From IMG/VR virus record IMGVR_UViG_3300037127_000056, positions 32,001-96,000 of that record: a stretch of 64,000 nucleotides of DNA; one strand, 5' to 3'. The notes below the pieces were generated by a model. It searched no databases. It saw nothing but the letters and a program-made list of their open reading frames with translations, and was not told the DNA's origin. The DNA is from a virus (lineage: Duplodnaviria > Caudoviricetes). Positions within the stretch are counted from its first letter, which is position 1; the number at the start of each line of letters is the position of its first letter. Shown in pieces: positions 58,803-64,000 of the stretch. A program made the translations under genes and the position numbers.

Positions 58803-59032
58803 CCCGAAAGGGATCCACATAACGGTCCTTTCTCTCTCTCCTCTTCTTCTTCCTCTCTCTCAGCTCTTGCCCCAGCTCTTGATCGATCCAGTCTCCGGCG
58901 CGTGGCGCCGTTCAATGTGATGGCGCATGGGTGAGAGGGTCGGAGGTGAGGACGATGACCCGCGGGACGGAGCGAAGCGACGAGAGGAGGACACAAGAGA
59001 AGAAAAGGACTGTTATGTGGATCCCTTTCGGG
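58803..59032. repeat. Inverted-repeat-bounded non-coding element, copy 3 (shorter, core flipped)
   Basis: Same IR (1 mismatch) and core; about 70 bp shorter. Confidence 0.93.
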
Positions 59033-59184
59033 GGCTACCTCAAGCATCATCGCCATACAACTCCATCATGGCCATGAGATGCGTTCTATCGCCGCCGACA
59101 TCGTCCCGGTGGTTGGGTACCAAGAAGGCAGACCATCGCCACCACGCCCGGCTCAACACGTCTTATGGGATACCACGACCGGCA

Positions 59185-59655
59185 TCACTTGAGGGGGTTG
59201 GGGTCGAACGCCCAGTTCAACAGGGAGATGTCTCGCCGGCTCAAGGGACATTCATCGGACACCGGCTTCCCTTGTTCCACCGCCGACATCCGAACGATGA
59301 AGGCGATGGTTCGTTTCGCGTCCTCGATGTCGCGCTCATCCCATTCGTCCTTGGGAGTCGTCAGCAAGCGGAGGTTCCGTTCGATGGGTGCCCGGGACAA
59401 TGACGCCTCACGGCTGCAGGGGTCGTCAGCCCACTCTCTGAGTTCGGATGCCGTCATGTTCACGACATCGTGGTACTCGGCCCAGACATTATCGAGGATT
59501 TCGGAATCGACGGCTTTGAATGTGAGCCTTACGGTGTCGCCGGTAGAGAGGTCGGTCGTGTCATCGAGCCGGAGTCGCCAGACGGTATCGGGGTCACCGT
59601 CGATGGTTGCGGTGATGGCGTTGGGCTCGATGGTGTGGATGCGGGCGATGGTCAT
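59185..59655 (-). CDS. DUF3140-like protein
   Basis: VVNMTASELREW...SLLNWAFDP. Confidence 0.7.
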   Translation of the reverse strand: MTIARIHTIEPNAITATIDGDPDTVWRLRLDDTTDLSTGDTVRLTFKAVDSEILDNVWAEYHDVVNMTASELREWADDPCSREASLSRAPIERNLRLLTTPKDEWDERDIEDAKRTIAFIVRMSAVEQGKPVSDECPLSRRDISLLNWAFDPNPLK

Positions 59656-59681
59656 ACCCGCATTGTATCTCATTGGGATTG

Positions 59682-60059
59682 TTAGTCATCGTCCGGATCG
59701 GCTGGCGGGGGCCACGGTGCTCCGGGAACGTGTTGGACGCCGCCGACATGGAACGCGATGAAGTAGCCCAATGAGCCGGTGTATCCGAGGATGTCATGGG
59801 TTCGCTGGGGACATTCGTCCCGCCACAGGCGATGGTCTTCAAATGATATGCCTTGGTTGACCTCACCTTGAAAGTAGAGTTCCACGAAGTGGTCGGCGTC
59901 TGGGATGGTGCTTAGCCACTCTTCTTTGCTCGGGCATCGGAGGACAAACGCTTGAGACGTTCCCCGGTAGATGAGCTTCCCGTTTCGATACAGATGCCAA
60001 TCTGTGGGTGTCCCAGATACAGACCAGTTGTCGGGGTAGTCGATTCCGTCGATGTTCAT
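59682..60059 (-). CDS. Hypothetical protein
   Basis: TAGCGT upstream of ATG; ~125 aa. Confidence 0.5.
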   Translation of the reverse strand: MNIDGIDYPDNWSVSGTPTDWHLYRNGKLIYRGTSQAFVLRCPSKEEWLSTIPDADHFVELYFQGEVNQGISFEDHRLWRDECPQRTHDILGYTGSLGYFIAFHVGGVQHVPGAPWPPPADPDDD

Positions 60060-60215
60060 GATGACCGACGCTACCGCGGGTGACCTGAGGATGTCAAGCC
60101 CGCCGGTACGGTTTCGCGAGCAACCCCAACACCTATGGGTAATCTGACAGCGGCGGGGTAACTTTCCCGCCGGCGGGACTTGACGCAACGTTGGGTTCTA
60201 TGTACAGTAGCCGAC

Positions 60216-60371
60216 GTGAACATACGCATCACGAACCCTGACACCGGCGAGGTTTCAACTCTCGACACCCGCACCATGATCCGCGACGGCAAGATGGTGG
60301 AGAGTAGCAACCGCACCTTCAGCCCGGCGGTGGAACGACTGATGCACGAACTACTGGAGACAGACCGATGA
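60216..60371 (+). CDS. Small hypothetical protein
   Basis: TTGACG-N17-TACAGT-N7-GTG. Confidence 0.5.
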   Translation: MNIRITNPDTGEVSTLDTRTMIRDGKMVESSNRTFSPAVERLMHELLETDR

Positions 60372-61060
60372 AAGATGACACCCGCACCACTCACGAATCC
60401 TATGGCACCGTTCAGTTCAGTCGTCGCTCCGGCGACCGGCACCTCTTCGGGTCCGCGATCGAAGATCACCATCAATACGTGACGCTCACGATTTCGCAAG
60501 CCGAAGTCGTGCAGAGTGACGACACGCTCAGCGAACACGTCCACCCACTATTGCACCAGCCTGTGGTGCAGGTATCGATGTCGGAGGCTCAGTTCGCCCG
60601 CGCGATCACCAGCTTCGGGATCGGTACCGGCGTCCCCGTGACCATTGACCGCATCGGACATCAGCAACTGGAAGGCCCGCCCCGGAGTCCCGCATCGGTT
60701 CGGAGGGTAGGCGAGCAAGCGCACCGCGACATCGGGTCCACGAGGGATACCATCGGTGCGATGATCGCGGGCATCGGCGACAAGCTCACCGTCGCCAAGG
60801 TGTCAAAGAAGCGCCACACCGAGATCATGAACGAACTCCGAGGTGTCGCCCGGAAGCTCACGGGGCTGGCGGATTGGGTCGGCGAGGTCGTCGATGAGGA
60901 AGTCGAACGCGGCATATCCACCGCGGCGATCGAGATCGATGCCATGGTCACGGCGGCTCGTAAGCAGATGGGCGAAGCCGCCGTGGCGCAGCTACAAGGC
61001 CAGCGAGCCAGGTCAGACGTTTTCTTTGCGATCGACGTCTCTGATGAAAAGCCCGAATGA
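60368..61060 (+). CDS. Conserved hypothetical phage protein
   Basis: HESYGTVQFSR...LFGS...VSMSEAQFARAITSFGIGTGVPVTI. Confidence 0.7.
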   Translation: MKDDTRTTHESYGTVQFSRRSGDRHLFGSAIEDHHQYVTLTISQAEVVQSDDTLSEHVHPLLHQPVVQVSMSEAQFARAITSFGIGTGVPVTIDRIGHQQLEGPPRSPASVRRVGEQAHRDIGSTRDTIGAMIAGIGDKLTVAKVSKKRHTEIMNELRGVARKLTGLADWVGEVVDEEVERGISTAAIEIDAMVTAARKQMGEAAVAQLQGQRARSDVFFAIDVSDEKPE

Positions 61061-61063
61061 CCA

Positions 61064-63586
61064 TCACCGCCAGCGCGGCGTCGGCACACTCTCCCACTCA
61101 TCGTCGTCATCGTCGCTGACACCGATGACCGTCATCTCTGCCCCAGGCTCGTCACCATCTTCGTCATCACGGTCCGGTGGCGCCAGTTCGTCGAAGCGTT
61201 CCTCCACGATCTCGTCGTTGGCCCATAGGAGGCCGCGGCAACCCTCACGCGCGAACCACAGCGCCATGAGATGGTCCCCGGTGTGTGCGCCGCGGGTGTA
61301 TGAGACGATCTCGTCCTGGAGCATCATCAAGGGGGTATGACATGCGCACGGCTCCGTGGGGGCCGTCGCCGGCATCACCCATTGGTCGCGGTCGATTTCC
61401 GCCGAAAGGCCCTCGATGCCGTTGATGGGATCCGACTTCTGACGCCCGGTGGTGAACGCCTGGAATGGTGGTGTCGGAATGGCTGTGTCGTCGCCGGCTT
61501 TGAGACGATCGATTTCAAGGAGCCCCTCCATCACCTGGAAGATGTAGTCCTGTGCGGCGTTGTTCTCGATGATGATCGCCGCGGGGGCGAATCTCTTGTT
61601 GAGATCTAGGACCACTTGACCGATTTCGTCGGCTCGCCATCGCCCGGATTCGACCCACACCAGCTGGTAGACGTGCTGAGTCGGCCACAACACGACGACA
61701 CACATCGCGGACATATCCGCCTTGGCGTGGTTGCGCGCCGCGAGGTCAACCCCGATGACGACGTGGCACCCGAGATCCCGTTGTTCTTGAAGTGAGATCG
61801 ACTTGAACGTCGATGCGCCGGTGCCGCCCTCGTGGTGATGGGGATGCCGGAACAATGACCGGACCTTGGCCTGGTTGAACGGCGATTCCTTGTCATCGGT
61901 GGCCTGGCAGAGGTAGCCGCGTGCAAATTCTGCCGGGGGCTTGTCCTTGCGGAGGAACTCGATCCGCTCGCTGGGGTAGAAGTGGGGGAGCTGCAACTCG
62001 ACATCATCGAGGGGGATGTCGTACACCGCTGGCTTGTACACCGGGAACTTCTTGCATACCCACGGCGACTCCCCGGGCCGGCGGATCATGTCGCGTTCGT
62101 ACTCATGCCATGGGTCACGGGGGTGCCACGGGTTGGCGGCAAGAATGATCCGACCATCCGGCATCAAGCGTTCTTCCATGGTCGTGAGCCACTTCATGAG
62201 CCGCTTCCGGTCTCTGGCGCTGGCAACCGCCTTGAGGTCATAGAGGTCGTCGTAGACCAAGAGATCGACGCGCGCGCCGGTGATCAGGTTGGTGAAGTTG
62301 TTGCCGGGGGCCGCGATCTGGAGGGTGTAGTCTTTTTCTGCGAACGTCGAGCGGCGGACCCGGAAGCGCGACACCTCCCAGGGCAGCGCCTTGTGGAGGT
62401 GGGGAAAGACTTTCCGTACCTCCGGGGAGTCCGAGATCAGGGAACGGACCTGCTGCGCGATCTTGCGGCACGTCGATTCGCCACCCTTGGTCGCGGAGGC
62501 CACGACGATTCGAATGTCTGGGTTGCGGCCGATGAGCCAGACGAGACGATTGATGATCTGGGTGGTGTTGTGGGTGACGTGATAGCCGCGCCCGGCGATG
62601 TAGCTGGAGTCGGGGCTGTCAACCTGGATACAACGCATCGGCCCCGACGGGATGGGTGTGATGGCTGTGACGGTGCGGTAGAGGGATTTCGTGTGGTGCC
62701 CGTCAAAAGTGATCCTGTAGCACGTTTTCGTGAATGGGGCGTGCTCGACATTGATCGTCGCCTTGAAGCCCAAGGACCGGATCAGCTCAAGGGCGTCATG
62801 AGCGAGCCCATGGTACCAGATGGTAAGCTCGACCTGGCCGGATAGCTTGTCGAGCTGCCCGGGGTCCTCACCGCTACCACTGAGTAGGCCCGCTAGCAGG
62901 TTCCGGCGTTGCTCAATGGATGCGGTGAGGTATGTATCCGGGATACGTGGGTCTGCGCGATGGGTTAGGTCCTTGCCGCAGGTGTATGGATCGTTTGGAA
63001 GGTCACGGGCCGAGTACTGGACTGCTAGTGACAGCGGCATCCGCCATCGCTCGCCGGACTTGATGAACACCCCGCCATCCACGAGATCCTGTGTCGTTTT
63101 GACGCAAAGTGCGGGATGCATCGACGTCGTGTCCCGGACCCACCATTGATGGTCGGAGCACGCGTCCATGAACGTCCCGTCATCGAACTCGATGCGGTAG
63201 CTCACAGCCGGTGTCTCAATGGGACTCACGAACACCACGTTGCACCGCCGGCCGTGGCGGTCGAACACTTCGTCGCCAACCTTGAGATCTCCCATTGGAA
63301 CGAATCCACCGGGCGTCGGGATGGGTGTTTGAACGGGAATTTCTTTACCCGTCTCCGGCGAGGTCATGATCCCAAGCCGTGGATGCTCATCCATCAACCT
63401 CTGTAGCTCGACATGAAACGGCGACTGTACGATTTTGGGAATCAATCCACTATCGGCTTTGGCACGGGTATTGTATCCAACGTATTCGATGAACGAGTTG
63501 ACGTCCTCGCGCGCCCGTGCGATCTGCTGTTCCTCGGTGTACCGGAGAAGCTCCAACGCGGTCCGTAGCGTATTGGGATCAACCAT
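61064..63586 (-). CDS. terL: Terminase large subunit, intein-containing
   Basis: Walker A PETGK|T split by the intein, ITGARVDLLVYDD, NPWHPRD, nuclease IGVDLA, IENNAAQ, HTGDHLMALW. Confidence 0.92.
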   Translation of the reverse strand: MVDPNTLRTALELLRYTEEQQIARAREDVNSFIEYVGYNTRAKADSGLIPKIVQSPFHVELQRLMDEHPRLGIMTSPETGKEIPVQTPIPTPGGFVPMGDLKVGDEVFDRHGRRCNVVFVSPIETPAVSYRIEFDDGTFMDACSDHQWWVRDTTSMHPALCVKTTQDLVDGGVFIKSGERWRMPLSLAVQYSARDLPNDPYTCGKDLTHRADPRIPDTYLTASIEQRRNLLAGLLSGSGEDPGQLDKLSGQVELTIWYHGLAHDALELIRSLGFKATINVEHAPFTKTCYRITFDGHHTKSLYRTVTAITPIPSGPMRCIQVDSPDSSYIAGRGYHVTHNTTQIINRLVWLIGRNPDIRIVVASATKGGESTCRKIAQQVRSLISDSPEVRKVFPHLHKALPWEVSRFRVRRSTFAEKDYTLQIAAPGNNFTNLITGARVDLLVYDDLYDLKAVASARDRKRLMKWLTTMEERLMPDGRIILAANPWHPRDPWHEYERDMIRRPGESPWVCKKFPVYKPAVYDIPLDDVELQLPHFYPSERIEFLRKDKPPAEFARGYLCQATDDKESPFNQAKVRSLFRHPHHHEGGTGASTFKSISLQEQRDLGCHVVIGVDLAARNHAKADMSAMCVVVLWPTQHVYQLVWVESGRWRADEIGQVVLDLNKRFAPAAIIIENNAAQDYIFQVMEGLLEIDRLKAGDDTAIPTPPFQAFTTGRQKSDPINGIEGLSAEIDRDQWVMPATAPTEPCACHTPLMMLQDEIVSYTRGAHTGDHLMALWFAREGCRGLLWANDEIVEERFDELAPPDRDDEDGDEPGAEMTVIGVSDDDDDEWESVPTPRWR
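62567..63343 (-). mobile_element. Class-3-type intein (259 aa) with degenerate LAGLIDADG remnant
   Basis: EIPVQTPIPTPGG..MGDLKVGDEV, DHQWWV, MRCIQVD, VTHN|T. Confidence 0.88.
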
Positions 63587-63687
63587 GTATCAATCTTAGC
63601 CGGATAGGTGCGTTTCCCGCCGGCGGGAAAGATTTTCGACAATGCGCTTGACGTGCTGAGGTCACCGGTGTACAAATTGGTCTATCC

Positions 63688-64000
63688 ATGAACACTATTT
63701 CCACCAACGAGATCAACATGCTGGAATCCACGACCCAAGACAACGACATCCACGAACGTTTCGTGAGAGCCGGCGTCGAGTACTACGCCCGCGTCGGTGA
63801 GCTTCAAGAACAACTGCGGGCCGCGAACGCTCGTATCCATGAACTCGAACGACGACTCGACATGGCGACGCGGTTGCAACGAATCTGCGACGGCGACGAT
63901 GAGACCCAAGCCCGGCCAATCGAATGGCGCCAGTCGCTTCCAACCTCATCCGAGGCAGACGCACATTCACGAGCATACCCGTTGCCACGGACAAACCTCC
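63688..64000 (+). CDS. Partial hypothetical coiled-coil protein
   Basis: MNTISTNEINMLES... open to the window end; TTGACG...TACAAA upstream. Confidence 0.45.
   Translation, partial: MNTISTNEINMLESTTQDNDIHERFVRAGVEYYARVGELQEQLRAANARIHELERRLDMATRLQRICDGDDETQARPIEWRQSLPTSSEADAHSRAYPLPRTNL

Larger units (their letters stand above)
419..63628. repeat. Dispersed 14-bp palindrome TCCCGCCGGCGGGA (about 24 copies)
   Basis: Perfect copies start at 419, 2496, 5308, 7851, 17371, 19573, 22650, 28897, 30718, 31747, 34683, 39901, 44290, 46456, 50982, 54039, 60165, 63615; one-mismatch copies at 11584, 18781, 38486, 42506, 47970, 54885 (counted by eye). Confidence 0.95.

Noticed and set aside
21552-59032. 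IR elements as IS/MITE insertions or as protein-coding (ERDPHNSP ORFs)
   Set aside because: No target-site duplication or transposase seen, and similarity extends outside the IRs. The ORFs crossing them appear in inconsistent frames and strands. A MITE origin is not fully excluded.
60216-60371. Possible small ternary-system accessory (fvmX3-like) because of IRITNPDTG
   Set aside because: Similarity is limited to a few residues and the gene is far from the other components.
419-63628. Palindrome or IR elements as a CRISPR array
   Set aside because: Copies are kilobases apart with no repeat-spacer periodicity, and no cas genes are present.
1-64000. tRNA/rRNA genes, integrase or att sites
   Set aside because: None recognised by eye; lifestyle (temperate or lytic) cannot be determined from this window.

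Overview
A GC-rich, gene-dense fragment of a contractile-tailed dsDNA phage (myovirus-type). It encodes TerL with an intein, portal, XkdF-type prohead protease, HK97-fold major capsid, sheath, tube, tape measure, a frameshifted tail chaperone, and spike, gp25-like and P2-I-like baseplate proteins. No integrase, polymerase, rRNA, tRNA or CRISPR array was seen. Unusually, the virion genes are scattered on both strands among small accessory ORFs, and most genes have their own sigma70-like -10 box 6-7 nt before the start codon (leaderless mRNA signature). Main candidate novelties: (1) a phage-borne MoxR/vWA/soluble-FtsH 'ternary' conflict-system-like set, split over two loci 29 kb apart that share the same operator-containing promoter design; (2) a 14-bp palindrome TCCCGCCGGCGGGA, found about 24 times, often at promoters; (3) three 230-300 bp non-coding elements with ~30-bp terminal inverted repeats, one with its core flipped relative to a shared flank; (4) a Ham1/ITPase, a free-standing ValRS editing-domain homolog and a 36-aa peptide ending in an SSB-like tail. 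Family assignments come from motif recognition by eye, not database searches. Start codons were often moved to the ATG/GTG following the -10 box. A Myxococcota-like host is only inferred.
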